Positions 14,246 to 29,350 of a stretch of 64,000 nucleotides of DNA are shown in pieces. The stretch lies in assembly GCF_009914755.1 (NCBI RefSeq), contig NC_060935.1. One strand, given 5' to 3'. Every line of letters starts with the position of its first letter. Position 1 is the stretch's first letter. The position numbers and the translations under genes were made by a program. The notes beneath the pieces are model-generated. The model ran no database searches and was not told where the DNA came from. It saw only the letters and a list, made by a program, of their open reading frames with translations. The stretch is from the human T2T-CHM13v2.0 reference genome, Homo sapiens.

Positions 14246-15675
14246 TAAAATAAAGCTGTCATTTCTTCTTCCAATATATTTTCCTTAGGAACTTTGAAAC
14301 ATTTTCCTAGATTTTGGGACCTAGATGCTCACTGATTTATTTTCTTTTTAAAGCCTGCAAGGGGGACTGGCTGAACCACATACTGTAGACCTGATATGCT
14401 CCAGATAGTTTTGCACCTTACACTTATAAGTTAATAAATGACTCTTCAAAGACTGTGGACCAGAAGAAAATTTTGAGAACACTCAGAGACTCAGAATCTG
14501 ATCAGAGCTAATTTATGATATCTTTTATTATCGTGATGTTTGTGATATCAGTCATTTCTTTCCAATGATGAATCTCAGTGAATAACATACTTCTCCGTGA
14601 ACATAAACTGCAGTACTAATTTCTCATCCACATCCTTGGCAGTCAGAGATTTGAAAAGGACTCTGAGATTCATAGCTCAGACTCCCCTTGGAAGTACTAA
14701 ATATCAGTGATGGAAGAGAAGAAAGGACAGAGACATTCAGCAAATGCTCAATGTGGAGATATGTATGAGGTTGTTTTTGAAGTTCACAGATCAATAGAAT
14801 TTAAATTTATTATTTCGTGTTAAAGAGAAGAAACATTTTCTACTTTCAGAAAAAGGGACAACAAAGTGATAGCTTTTGATATCCAAGTCACTGACTTAAT
14901 TTTCTGAGCTTTCTCTTCAACTGCTGCTGCCTAGCAACTTGAAAATTGCCTTCTTATCCCACTAATTTGGGGTATAAGGGGTGTGTACCATGCACATGTT
15001 TACCCAAGAGGGAGAAGAAGAAAATTGGCAGGGGATGAGGAGGATTTGATGACCAATTAGCAGCAGGGTGTAGGCAGGCACTGAACATTGATCAGAACTC
15101 CCAGACTTCAGTTGGGGTGATTTTGTGGGTGATGATACACCTAACAGGGATTAGACACATAGGAGAAGAAACAATTTTTGTGAGAAGTAGGAACACAATG
15201 AATTTATTTTAAGCAGAATGAATTTGAGATATCTATGGAACATCTACCTACAGATTGCCAAAAATCCGATGGAAATAGGAATCTGGGGTAAGAGAAAGTG
15301 ATAGCAATTACTGATAATCATTCGCATGTCATCAGCAGCATGTAGGTGGTAGATGAAGACAAAAGGATGAATCAAATATAGATGCTTAGAAAGAAATGCT
15401 CCTCTATTTAGTTTCTAGTCTTCTCTATTTAGTTTAACAATAGACAAATATGTCCATAATAATTAACCATATGCCATTTAAAGCAGCAGATGCCCCTTAC
15501 TTTAAAAGGCCACTGTGTTGCACAGTGTTCATGCCATTTTATTGCAGTTATTTGCTTTCATGTTCATTTCTCATCAGACTGTAAGATTTGCAAGGGCTGG
15601 CACAGAATAGAGTTCCAGTAAATATTTGTTTAAATAACAAGGAATGAATGAGTACACGTGGAGTCAGAACTTCAT

Positions 15676-15819
15676 GGCTGGGCGTAGTGGCACATGCTTG
15701 TAGTCCCAGCAACTCTGGAGGCTGAGGTGAGAGGATGTCTTGAGCCCAAAAGTTCAAGACCAAACTTGGCAACAACAGAGTGACAGTTTGTCTCTTAAAT
15801 AAGAAAACAAAAAACAAAC
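15676..15819 (+). mobile_element. FLAM (free left Alu monomer)
   Basis: Single monomer ggctgggcgtagtggcacatgcttgtagtccc... with A tail; TSD gaacttca(t/c) at 15667-15675 and 15820-15828. Confidence 0.88.
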
Positions 15820-16453
15820 GAACTTCACGATTAGCATTCACGTTCAGATTTACAGTAACTCCCCAGGACAGAAATAAAGTAAAATGCAAACTCTAACAAA
15901 TTTTCTCAAAACTGGCTGTAAGATGATATGTCATTTTGAATATCACTGCACAACTATTTTTATTATAATAATCAATAGCTAATATAGTGTATAGATATCC
16001 ATATATGTATATTTGTATACACATATAAGTACATTAAATTATCAACATATACATTTATAATAAACTATATAGTCAATATGCAATGAAAACTATATTTTAA
16101 TTATATCTGCCTATTTAAAATTTATTAAATGCATATTTTGTGCCAGGTACTAAATCACTTTAAATTATCTCATTTAATTCTCCCAATAACCCTAAGATAT
16201 TTTTATACCTATTTTAGAAGTGGTTTAGATAGACACAGACATTTTAGAATTAGACATATAAACAGGTTTATAGATGTTTAAAATGAACATTCAGTTATCT
16301 AAATATTGACACTGAAGACCCTATATAGTCTGGTTGTGTGTGTATACACACATACATATTTAATATTTACACAGTTTATATTTCACATAGAACATATTTG
16401 CATGCACAGATATAGCTAACTTTCTCCTTATTTAAACACTGAAAGTTTTGTAT

Positions 16454-16529
16454 CTTTTTTTATTTCAATTTTTATTTTTAGTTCTGGGGTACATGTGCAA
16501 GATGTGCAGGTTTGTTACATAGGTAAACA
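16454..16529 (-). mobile_element. Extremely 5'-truncated old L1PA 3' terminus (about 75 bp)
   Basis: Poly-T then gttctggggtacatgtgcaagatgtgcaggtttgttacataggtaaac; TSD aaagtt(t/g)tgtat at 16442-16453 and 16530-16541. Confidence 0.85.
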
Positions 16530-16591
16530 AAAGTTGTGTATTTTTAATCAAGACACTAGTGGCTAAAAATGGAAACAGAAGAGTCAACTTT

Positions 16592-17027
<436 letters not shown>

Positions 17028-17379
17028 TAAGCATTTCCTACTGCCAATAAATTAAGAGACCTCAACTCGGACCATAGTCACTTGCTAGGGACAATAAGGG
17101 TAAACATCACTTGTTATAAAAAGTTGCTAATCAAATGCAATAGTAATGTTTAAAGTACTATACAAATAACATTTATTTTTTTATTATTGCTGTACATTTG
17201 TTCTTCTCATTGTTTTGGAAGTTGCTTATTCATCAACTGCAATTCTTCAGAATGTGGCCAAGAACAAGTAAAAGATTAAAAAGCCAAAACAGTGAAAATA
17301 AAATTTTCCAAGTTCATGAACTAAATATCATCCCTCCTCTCATGGGAGATTTTTTAGGTGCCATTTCTCAGAGACTGTT

Positions 17380-18065
17380 TACTCCTAATACAGACAGGAT
17401 TCTCACTAGTTTCATCACATCTTGCCTGGACTACTGCAGACGCTTTCTGTTTTCTCTGCCTCGATTCTTTCCTACTTCCAAGCCATTCTTCACATGAAGA
17501 TCTATCATATTATTCAGAAGCTTAAACTTTCCGTTGGCTTGCCATTTTCTATTGGATAAAGTCTGGAATATTTTACATGCTTTAGAAGCCCATGGTTGAT
17601 TGAGCTCCTGGCTATCTTTCTAGCTTCCTCAACTAGATTTTTTGTTTTTCAGTCTTTAGCTACACTAGACTTTTAAAAATCCCTTTATTTTAATGCCTCC
17701 CACTCTGGAATCAGGACCTTTAAATATACTGTTGCATCGACTTGTAATGCTCATTCTCTTTGCCTTGCTGATGCCCACTCATTTTTTAGATTTCCACTTA
17801 ACAATCAATTCCTTATGAAGGCCTATCTTGTGTCCTACATGAGTGGGGTTTGTCCATAAGTATAGCAACTGCGATGGCTCAGTCACAGCATAGATCACAT
17901 TTAAATTTATAGTTATTTAACTGGCATTATGTCATCAATGCTTACTTCTGCTAAATCAAAATCCTCAAGAAAAATCATTTTGTTTTGGTCGCTAATCTAC
18001 CAAAACAATATATGCTCTCTTAGAGCATAGTATATAGCACATTCAATAAATACTGTTAATCAGCT
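17380..18065 (+). mobile_element. L2 3' fragment
   Basis: catcacatcttgcctggactactgcag..., ending cattcaataaatactgttaat. Confidence 0.7.
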
Positions 18066-18479
18066 GATCAAATACAGTTATTTAGAAAAGGCAAGATAGA
18101 GATCCTAGACGCAGAGAGCTGATATTTTGATGCAAATGATACAAAAACAGTATTTTTTAAAAAAAGACAAAAATAAAAGTCTTAGTAATCTGGATTAAGA
18201 AAAATCCTCATACTTCAATTGTTCTAAGAGCTTCCTATATCATAGTCTAGTACAAGAAACAATATTACAATGACAAGGACCTTGAGTGAACAATGACATG
18301 TTTAAAAGCATTTAGTATTCATTTTTAAATAAGCAAGAGTTTTAAAAATAATTGTAAAGTGATTTTCATTACTTTAATTGTTAAAACATAGGACTGGTAT
18401 TTGAAGGGGTAATGTTCACTTGGTCTGAAGATTAATTTATATGTTATGCCTTATCTAACAATATTAGGTATATGAATAA

Positions 18480-19000
18480 TAAGAGCTAACACTGTCTGCC
18501 TGTAAGTGGTAGACATCCTTCTAAGTACTTCACATTTATACTCTTATTTAAGCCTCACGAAAACTCTAGAAGATACACATTACTCACTACACTCATCTTA
18601 TATATGAACAAAGTGAGGCACAGAGGGTTCTAAGGTACTTCCCCAAGGTCATACAGTTAACAAGTACAGGAGACACGATTCAAAATAAAGCTGTCTGATC
18701 TGGAAGCAGCTCTTTTTAACACCTGCTAAGCAGCAGTATTTAAGGGTCCCCAAAGAACATACTTTGTTTAACCAAAGTTTTTTTTGTCAGCTAGACTTAA
18801 AGTTCATCTAACAATGCAAGGCACAATGCTAATCATTTTGTAGAATTCTCTCATTTAGTCTTCAGAACAGTCTTGTAAGGTACGTATTATCACTATTTCC
18901 AATTTATAAGTAGTTACATTAAGACTTAAGAGGTTAAGTTCCCAAAGTCAAGTAGCAGAGTCAAAACCCTGAGCCCCAGATCCACTGACTGAGCTCTTAA
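18480..19000 (-). mobile_element. Two adjacent MIR relics (about 18480-18725 and 18820-19000)
   Basis: aagtgaggcacagagggttctaaggtacttccccaaggtcatacagt; ctcatttagtcttcagaacagtcttgtaaggta. Confidence 0.7.
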
Positions 19001-19039
19001 TTACAAGAGTTCACCTATCTAGTAAGAGAAGGATGTTTT

Positions 19040-19552
19040 ACACAAGCTCTACCTCAGTGCTACTGACTATTTGGAATGGATAAAACTCAGACCAGGCTCA
19101 TGTCTGCAATCCCAGCATTTTGGGAGGCAAAGGTAAGAAGATCACTGGAGCCTAGGAGTTCTAGAGCAGCCTGGGTGACATAGTGAGACCCCATCTCTAC
19201 CAAAAAATTTTGAAAATTGGCCAGATATGTTGGCACACGCATGTGGTCCCAGCTAGTTAGGAGGCTGAGATGGGAGGATCACTTGAGCCCAGGAGGTCAA
19301 GGCTGCAGCGAGCCATGACTGTGCCACTGCACTCCAGCCTGGCCAACAGAGAGAAACCCTGTCTTAAAACAAACAAAAAACCTTACTTGTAGGGGCTACA
19401 CTGTGCATTAGAGGGTGTTTAGCACATCCCTAGTTTCTATCCATAAGGTGCCAGTCTAAAATCAAAAGCCTAAAATCAAAACTTTTTTTAGACTTTGCCC
19501 AATGCCCTATAGGTAGAGACACAAGGTTTCTCCCCATTGAGAACCACCGTAC
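19040..19552. mobile_element. MER20 DNA transposon interrupted by AluJ
   Basis: acctcagtgctactgactatttgg...ctgtgcattagagggtgtttagcacatccct...agactttgcccaatgccct...ttgagaaccaccg. Confidence 0.8.
19090..19380 (+). mobile_element. AluJ
   Basis: J-type diagnostics (gggaggatcacttgagcccaggaggtcaaggctgcag). Confidence 0.93.
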
Positions 19553-21044
19553 TAAGTAGTAGATTTTTTCTTTGGATACTTTTGGATGAAAACTAAACAC
19601 ATTTCCACTGCTTTATCTCTGTTTCCAATTACCCTGATTGCAGCACTTTTGTTAAAATAGACTATCTTCATGCAAGTTAAAAAACAGAATTTAAGCAGCA
19701 ATTTCCTTAGTTATATTTTGGTTTTGTGGATTATCCACACATTTAGAAATCATTTAACTATCTTGTGGCAGGACAATTCTTGGCTAACTTTGAAAGATCA
19801 GACAGATATAATAGTCCTTGTCTCACACAATTATGCAGATTAAACAAAAATATGCTTGTAAAACATTTAGCCCAATAGCTGGATTATAATGAATGCCCAA
19901 TTAATGTTTTTGATTATATTATTAGCATAACTATTATTTGTGTAATTTTCACAGATTACTTTTCTAGTTTATCTTCAAATTTCCAGAAACTATCATACTT
20001 CCTTTCCAGATTTACTGAAAACATTTACTTAGAGGTCATAATATGTGTCTAAATGCCAAAGCAAACTTATTATATGGATATAACCTTAAAGTCGATGGGA
20101 GTTGAGAATCAAGGCACAGTGACAAATTGTTGAAAGAAAATATTTGACAGTAAAAGCTCAAATACCTAAGTGTATGGATAAGGCATATTCCAGTTATAAA
20201 TAAGATACAAGCTGTGAAAAGTGTTTTCACTATAAGAAAAACTTTCAAAAAATGGTTCAGGTTTTATTCTTCCCTCCATACATATCAACATGACACTCAT
20301 TAATTGTGTAGCTCTTTACCAATTATCTTTTAATACAAAAGTATTAACAGAAACATATGTACCAAACCCAAGAAGAAAATATCTAGAATCTCTAGTGTGA
20401 TACAATCTTCAACCCAATTCCATGGATCTGTTCATTCTCTCAAACCTAAATATATTTGCATGGCCTTATTATTATTATTATTTGTATTCTTATTTTTACT
20501 CAATTGCCTATGCTTTGCTGCTTTATATGGCCAGTGCCAGAACTCTATCTCAATATTTGCCCAGGCCAGTAATAAATGCTGAGACATTATAAAGAACAAG
20601 TGCCCAACAGAGAAAGAGCTACCAGGGTGCGCAGCTTCATTCTGCCAGTCACGGCTCACAGTGGGCATGGAAAATCCTCTTCAGCCTATGAAAAAAAAAA
20701 ACAGCTACCACAAGGCCACTGCTCCAGGAAAAAAGCTCTAAGACGCAGATTTGGTTTCTAAACATATTTTGACCTCTAATATTTAAGAAAACAAAGCAAA
20801 CAGCATGAACACAAAAGACAGACGTTTTTAAGTCTCAAGTCAATTATTTCAGATGAAAAAGGAACTCTCTAAAGAGAACAGCAGCTGCTGGCTTAAGGAG
20901 CTATAGGTCCTATCAAATTGTAATATAGCCCTAACTACTCCTCTGTAATTATTATTTTCCTCATATGACTGCATAGTTCCCATGGAAGCAAATAACTTTT
21001 AAAGATTCAATCTTTGTTCTTCCAAGAGCTTATGATATATCAGT

Positions 21045-21470
21045 AGAACTAACTGGTATCTGTTAATTCTTTATTTCATGGGCATAGAGAAACCTATACA
21101 TTCCAGCACCCTCCTCACCACCACCTTCACAGTTAGGTGGGGCCAGATGACTTGTTTTGACAAAAGGATTATGAACAGAATATAGTGTGTCGCTTCTAGG
21201 GAAAGGCAGAAAAAAGGTCCCTGAGGCACCCCCCTCCCCCAGCTCTCTTTTTCCCTGTAATAGCAATATGGAAGCCACATGTTGGAATGGCAAAGCCATT
21301 AACATAGAAGCAGATTAGCCCCTTGACACAGGACTTGAGAGGGAGCTGCCCTGGAGAACAGCAAGGCCCACAGTAGACTCTGCATACACAGAAAAATAAA
21401 TGTTTGTCGTGTTAATCCACCAAGACTTCAAGGTTTATATATTATCACAGCGGAGTTCAGACTGTCCTGA
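21045..21470 (+). mobile_element. Old MLT1 (MaLR) LTR
   Basis: cccagctctcttttccctg...ggaagccacatgttg...gagctgccctggaga...aaaataaatgtttgtcgtgttaatccac. Confidence 0.7.
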
Positions 21471-21949
21471 CAAATGTGTCTCCTAACACAGATTCTAGTA
21501 TGAAGTAAGTGCTTAATATGTAGCTCTTTAAAAACAAATGTGCAGAGCTGAGAACACCATTTACTAGTAACACAGAAGTTGAGATATGGATTACAAAGAA
21601 AAAAACACAGTCATCTTGATTTATATTAAAAAGCAATTTCTGCATATTAAGCATGAGCAGACTATATATCAACCTACTAAATAGCTCAGGGTGTACTCAT
21701 CACAAGTCCATATTGCTGACTAAGGCACAGACAGGTCATAGTCACATAAAAATATTATTGCCACCATAAAGCAGCCCATATATGTTAGGTCCAAAGTGAA
21801 TGAAAAGTGCAATCTAGTTGGAAGGGAGTGGATCTGTAACTTTTACCCAATTCTCATCTTTCTTCTGCCTTTTACCTAAATTGCTTATCTTGGCATAGTA
21901 TAAGCTACTTTGTGAAAAAGAGAGGTCAGCACTTTCACTGCAGTTATCA

Positions 21950-22180
21950 GCCTGGTGGTACAGAGCATTAGAGGTCCAGAGTCTTGCCTCAGCTCTGCTG
22001 GGCAGTGCCTGCATGACTTGGACCTCTGATTAGAATCTTTCTTACTCTCTATTTGTCCACTGATAAAGTGAACCCAATGACAACCCTAAGACAAGGTCGC
22101 GGTATGGATTAAGCAGCATTGTGTATATAAAGAATCTGGCAAAGTGTTTGGTATATGTTGGCACCCAATAAATGTTTGTT
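21950..22180 (+). mobile_element. MIR relic
   Basis: tggtacagagcattag...gcatgacttggacctct...ggcacccaataaatgttt. Confidence 0.55.
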
Positions 22181-24499
22181 TAATTTCCTCATTCCCTTTC
22201 TCTTATTCTGCCACCCTTCATTCTATCTTCCTCCATATTTCCTTTCAATATCTTGTTTAGTTGTTTACTTGTTTTTAAACTAAAAAATGAAGATAAATGC
22301 TAGATAATCGTGAAAACCCTGATAAGTATGAAATATCTATGCCCTTGAAGTTTGAGTATTGCCTGGAATTTGGATTTGGCAGTCTGATTTGACAAAAATC
22401 AAAATAATATCACGATATCCTATACCACCGAAGTTGGAGCATGAGAAGGAACGGAGAGAAGTGAAAGAAGGATAAGCAACAGCACAAATGAGAAGGGCTG
22501 CAAAGTGATCTGCAAACAGCCACCGCTGAAAAGAGTTTACAAAAAATTCAGAGTCACATAGACTTAAATTAACACTGTGCACTTCCTGGATTTGAATTAA
22601 TTCGGATATATTGACAACAAACTCAGCACAAATGGTACACTGCTTTGTTCAGTGGAACTCAAAGGGATCCAAAATTTATACGGCAGCACAAGTTTCACGC
22701 TATTGGTGTTCTTAAGAGAATATCTTCCAAGGGTAGGCAACAAAAGAGATGGGAGTGATATCTGCAAATCAATTCTTGTCTCTTTAAGTCCATCTCAGCC
22801 AACACAATCAATATCCAGTAAAAACAAATACCCCACACTGTAATTCCTCAACAGAGCCCTGCTCTAGCCACTGTTTCCTGACATGTTCTTAAATATCTGT
22901 AAGTTTTGAATGTATTTCAGTTTCTGACTTTGGCCCCAAACCTGCTTTTCAATTGGATAATGGCTAATGTTCTTTGGCTATCCTCATTTCTGTCTACATT
23001 TGATCCTCAGGTTGCTTTGACTTTGGTAATACCAGATAATACCACAGCCCCGTTCTGTTTAGGCAACAGCACCATCCAGGACAATCAGAATTCAGAGGAG
23101 CCTAGCAGAATCATTTTTTAAAAAATGGCTAAGCACAGCATATCAAAGGAAAGATATAAAACATTTCTTCTTTATGACCAGCCAATACTCCAATGTAACT
23201 TTCATGGAAAACACTTATTTGAAAGAAAATTGTAAATTCACCTAAGTTAGAGATAAGAAAATTTTTATCACATGAGTTTAAGAGTTGCAAAGAAGGAACA
23301 TCTAATGTATAAAAGAGTTAATATGGAAATAGATTTTAAAGAGGTTTCAGAATCATTTTTCTTCTCCCCTATCTTATTCATATACCTGCTGAAGGGCTGT
23401 ATTTTATTTGCTAAGGGGGTATGTTTATATAAAAGGTGATTTTCCCTCCTGCACAGTCCAGAGAACTAGGCCCAGTAGAAAAATAAATCAACAGTTGATA
23501 AATGCAGAAAAACACTGCCTTAAAATGTTATCCATTATCTGTAACAGTCCCATACAAGACCTAGGGTTTAAGCTGAATTCCAAAGAATGACATTTAAATT
23601 TCAACATGGTACTACTTAAATTACTCTAACCTATGTCTCTGCTTTTGCTCTCTGTTTACAAACCTACAACATGACAAAGACTTGGTCTCAGTATTTGCTG
23701 TCTCTATGTGCAAATAACCATGTTCTAAATCCTTACTCAAAGTCTTCTTCCTTTACAATGTCTTCCTAACTCCCCAGCAGAACTGATTTCAATTTCTTTC
23801 AGCTCTCTAAGCATATTTTCCCCCAAATCTAGTGTTTTTAAGCTCAAACTGCCTTATATTTGGTTATTTTTCATGTCCGTATCCTCTATAGGTAAACTGA
23901 CAGTACTTGGAATCTATCTTCTTTTTTGATCCTCATGTCCCTCAGAGTGCCTCGTCCACTACTTTGTAACCTACTAACCAGTATAGGTTTGTTAAATTGA
24001 ACTTAAAATATGAAAAGAGGGGGAAATCCCACATGGCTTCTTCCTGTTCATACTTGTATTAGGAAACTGAAGGGTCCAAGCTAATGTAAATGTGCAATAT
24101 GTGAAGGAAAAAGATAGTTAAGACAACCAATCACATATCCAAGATTCTTAAGGCAGCATTCAGAGACCTCTATTAGATAAGGCCTTGTAAAGAGACAAAA
24201 ACCAACTCTTCTCCCTTAGTAATGGATAGACTGTCTCTCTAGATCCTGTTTATTCCTAATTCTGTTAAATTTAAACTCCTACCTTGCTGCTATCAGCCAG
24301 AAACCCCAGCCAAACAGTAAAAGCCGAATGTTTTCTCAACACTTAATAATAAACCCAGAAAGGGTAGAAAGCTTTTTTATGGTATAGCAAGATGGGTGTT
24401 AGCCAGGCTGGATGATACTGCCTTGGCATATAAACCCCAACAAATGTTTCTTCTTGAAAAGATACTCAGTTGACCCTTAATCTGAAGACATAAAACCTT

Positions 24500-24662
24500 C
24501 CTACACAAAGTGTTAAAGACCAGCAGCATCAGCATCATGTGCGAGCTTTTAAGAAATGCAGAATCTCAGAACGCACCCCCAGACAACCTGAATCGGAACT
24601 GGCATTTTAACATTATCTCCAAGTGACTCATACATAGGTAACATTTTTAAGAAGCGTGGATA
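24500..24662. mobile_element. MER5A/B DNA transposon
   Basis: gaccagcagcatcagcatcatgtgcgagcttttaagaaatgcagaatctcag...ctgaatcggaactggcattttaaca. Confidence 0.85.
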
Positions 24663-25694
24663 CTGGATATTCTGGCATCAATATTTCATTTGCTTCCTGG
24701 CAGTCTCTTTGCTCTAAACCATAACTTTATTAAAAAAAACTATTTGCTTTTCGCACCCTGTCCTCTAACATTCCATGTCTTTCCAGGCATCCATTTGTTT
24801 TAAAATGTAACACAAAAAGAAAAAAGATTTCTCCAGTGTATAGAATGTATACCTTTCATTCACATTATATCATTAGATCCTTATGGTATTCCTGTGAATA
24901 TCATCATGTATAACTTGTTACATGTCACTTATGTAAATAAATATCTGAGAACCTCCATGTCTAATGGTTTGAAGACGCAGACAGCTTCCGTCTATAGTCA
25001 ACCAACACTCCAACCTCAGGATTAGAGAATTCTGATTGCATTATCCATGGAGCCCAGAACTTAAAAGCCCAGTCCTATCTTACTCTTGAATCTTTTGCCT
25101 TTTCAACTACCATAACCCAGTTTCTCCCACACAGAGACACTAAACATGCACACTCTTGATGAAAGCTTTTGTAGTGGCCATTACATAATGGATTTGCTGT
25201 CAGTTTGTCTAAAATGTGCCTGCTGAAGAAATGAAAAAGAAAAACCTAATCTATGCTTATAAGTAATGGAGTTTTCAACTAACTAAAACCTATATGGGCA
25301 TTTCTGTCCTCTACAGTATGACTTTTTAATTGGCCTTAGTCATTTATGTGATCTGAACATTTTTAGTAATGAGTAACACAATATAGGTAATAATATTAAA
25401 TATATATTATAGTTTCATTAAGAAAGCATTTATAGTGTTAGGATGTTTATAGTTTTAGAATGTAATATAGGAAATTGTCAACCATTTTCAAAACCAGAGC
25501 ACATTTTCAAAGTGTTTAGCCTAATTCTAGGCCACATTCTAAAGTAAATATCTCTACACAATGCAAAATATTAACTAAAACTTTAGGCTTCATCAAAATG
25601 TCTCAACGCTGTTGTTTAGGCATAAAAATATGTTACTTTTATAAAAGCCTTTTGGTTATGAAATAATGGACAGGTGTCTAAAATTTAAAAATCG

Positions 25695-26044
<350 letters not shown>

Positions 26045-28284
26045 TTATCTAAGCCTATCCCTCATTCCATTTTTTATATTTGGAAGGAAAAGCCCAGAAG
26101 CCACACAACTTACCAGAAGTTCCACTGTTGTCTGTCACTGTCTAGCTGAGTAACTCTGGCCAGTCCCTTCTTTCTCACTCTCAGTTTCTTGCTCTGCAAA
26201 ATGAGGTGATTGAAACTAGATGATGTAAGAGTCCCATACAGCCTGAAAATGCCATTTTTCTGCAAGGTTAGAAACCACATCTGAAAACATTTCCTCTCCA
26301 AAAGCAACACACAAGAAGATGAAAAGATTTTTAAATGGCACTTGGCACTATTGATGTTCCAACTCATTGATACTATAATCTCAGCTTGATACTTTAGAAC
26401 CACATAGGTTGCTAGTATCCACCACAGACAAGCAAAGCAGAAGAGAAAGGCTGTTGGCATGCTCTTTGCCTGAGAAGTGTTGCAACTGAAAATCAGACCA
26501 GAGAGAGAGTAAATCATCTCCTCCCCCTTCTGAGGATCTGGTGACTCCTTCTGTCTGGGCCCTGCTTCAGGAATTTCTCCTAGAGAAATTTTTCACTGGG
26601 GAGCTGGGAGTCCAGCCCTTGACTGGACCCCAGACAAGGATGCATTTCCTCCTGGAAGGCTCCTTGCCTGGACAAGTCCTTCAAAATCAACCTAAAAAGG
26701 AACTCCAGTCTCCAGCGAGCTGTACATTTTAGCATCTTTTAATCAGCCGTCTGGACTTCTCTGGTGTTTTTGGAAATGTTTTTTTTCTTATTGCATTACA
26801 ATTTTATTATGTTAATACACAAAGAGTTGGTATGCATAATTTTAAAAGGCAAATTCAGCCGTTGAATGAAGAGTGTGTGATGATCACGGCTCATGCTTTA
26901 ACTACATTTACTTATCTTCCTTTCTTCATTCTTGTATGGGACAATATCTTTGAAATGGCTTTTGTTTATTTTTTAAATGAGTTTTATGTTTTTCCCCTTT
27001 TCTCCTTTTCATTATTACTGCTTTCTAGCAGAAAATCAGAAAGTCGGGGAATGGTTTAAGTTTATAAAATCTGAGAGATCATCTGGACTTAAACCCAATT
27101 TCATTAAATGGTTTAGGAGATGTAAATGTAATAACAAGGCAGTATCCAGATATCATGTATGTAAAAGCGAGTACTGCCAAAGTCCCTAGTAATTAAGCCA
27201 ATCATTAAATCAGAGGTTAATGGATTCGGTTCATTTTTATGACATACACAAGTGAACCTGAAACACTGGGTCCTATTAGCATTTAATAGATAAAGAAAGC
27301 TAGTGTCTGTACCTAAATAATTGCAAACACAATGTGGTCAACACAGAGGATACAAATTCTAGAAAAAAGTGTATCATCCAAAAAAAAAACAATTCTGTTA
27401 TCAGTAGCATCATTATTATTGTCATCTATTATGACAAGCTTGAACAACCCAAGTGTTCATCAAAGAAGCAATTCAATAGAATGTTTTCGGCATGCTCTTA
27501 ACTAAAAAGAGAATATGGAATGAGAAGAGTAAAAATAAGATTTTTTATTCCAGTCTGAAAAAAAATATTCTTTGAAGCTCCTCATGGTATGCATGACAAA
27601 TAAACATACATTTCTTGCTTTCTGCAACCAAATAACTGTATGTGCCTTTGCAATTAATTAATGTTGTCTCCAATATTTCTAGAAAATTAATGTCAAATTC
27701 ATTTGAATGTGGCTTCTGGAATAACAGGACCTCTGGTCCATTTCCTGTATGGTAATGTAATGACAGCAAGATACCCTTTTAAGTTTTATGTGTTCAAATT
27801 GGTTTAAAAAGGTAAATTTCTACACTATAATTAATGTATACCAACAATTTTCAAGCAATTTTAGCAGTGGAGCTCTTCTTTGAAAGAATATCTTGGGCCC
27901 AACATAAGCTAAGGCGCTTTAAATGTCTATCACTGGCTAAGAATATACTTTATATTTTGTGGAACTCACCAAGTACCTTCCTAGAATTTGAAAGGTAGGT
28001 AGAAAACTATTCTTCAAATTCATACATCTCATATTATTGATGAGAAAACTGAGGCTACAAAAGAAGAAGTGATATGAGTATGTCTCACAACTAGTTAGTG
28101 ACAAAAGTTAGAATTCGTGACTCATTCATTTATTCAACTGATGTTTATTGAGAACCCTCCATTTACTCATTTTGTGCTAGGTTTCCTATGTATATCACTT
28201 TTTTAATTGATCATTTAAATTTTATATAATTTTGTTATTATTTTATTTAATCATTTCCTAGCCATACGGAAAAAACTTATATCT

Positions 28285-28668
<384 letters not shown>

Positions 28669-28792
28669 TAGAAAAAGGCAAGCGAACCTAGAAGTTTATA
28701 GTCTGTTTAAGTAGTGGAGATGCACAAACAAGAAATTTGCTTTAAAGAGCTAGGATGACATTTAAGTGCTGAGTATAATACAGCAATGAATA

Positions 28793-29350
28793 TGTTGGCC
28801 TCAGAAACTTATACCCCAAAATTTGGCACTTTGACATGCTGAACTGAAGAAGAAGCCTCAAGATCTCTCTGAGAACCCCCACTTCAGCCCCCCATCTGAG
28901 CTCTCAGTCTCTCAATCCTCTGTGTCCTCTCTCTCCCAAAGCACAGGATAAAGTTGTTCTCTGAAGTTTCCTTATCTAAAGCCCAGATCCACCAAATAAG
29001 GTCCCTTTCCTGAATTTTCATTAACTGAACTCCTATGGTAGGAAGAAGGGCAAGTCTGTCAATACACCTGGATAGACTTTCGCCACAAACCATTGTCTGC
29101 TCTGCAGCCCAAGAGACTTTGTTCCAGGCCATTTTATGTTCTTCAAGCCCACTAAATTTTCCTAATAATCATTTACTCCCTTCAAAGTCATCCACACTTC
29201 CTTATGTCCCTTTACGTGGTAGGGTAATTGCTGTGGTTCTCTCCCATGCATGTTAATAAACTCGTATGCCTTCTCACTTATTAACCTGCGTTTTTTGAGT
29301 TGATTTTCAGCAGTGGGCTAAGGGGAAGGTTTTTTTTTTGGCCCTGAAGT
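28793..29350 (+). mobile_element. ERV1-class solo LTR (MER39/LTR48/MER34-group-like; subfamily uncertain)
   Basis: Starts TGttggcctcagaaacttataccccaaaatttggcactttgacatgctgaactgaag; AATAAA at 29255-29260; U5-like end ttgattttcagc...ggggaagg...ttggccc. Confidence 0.8.
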
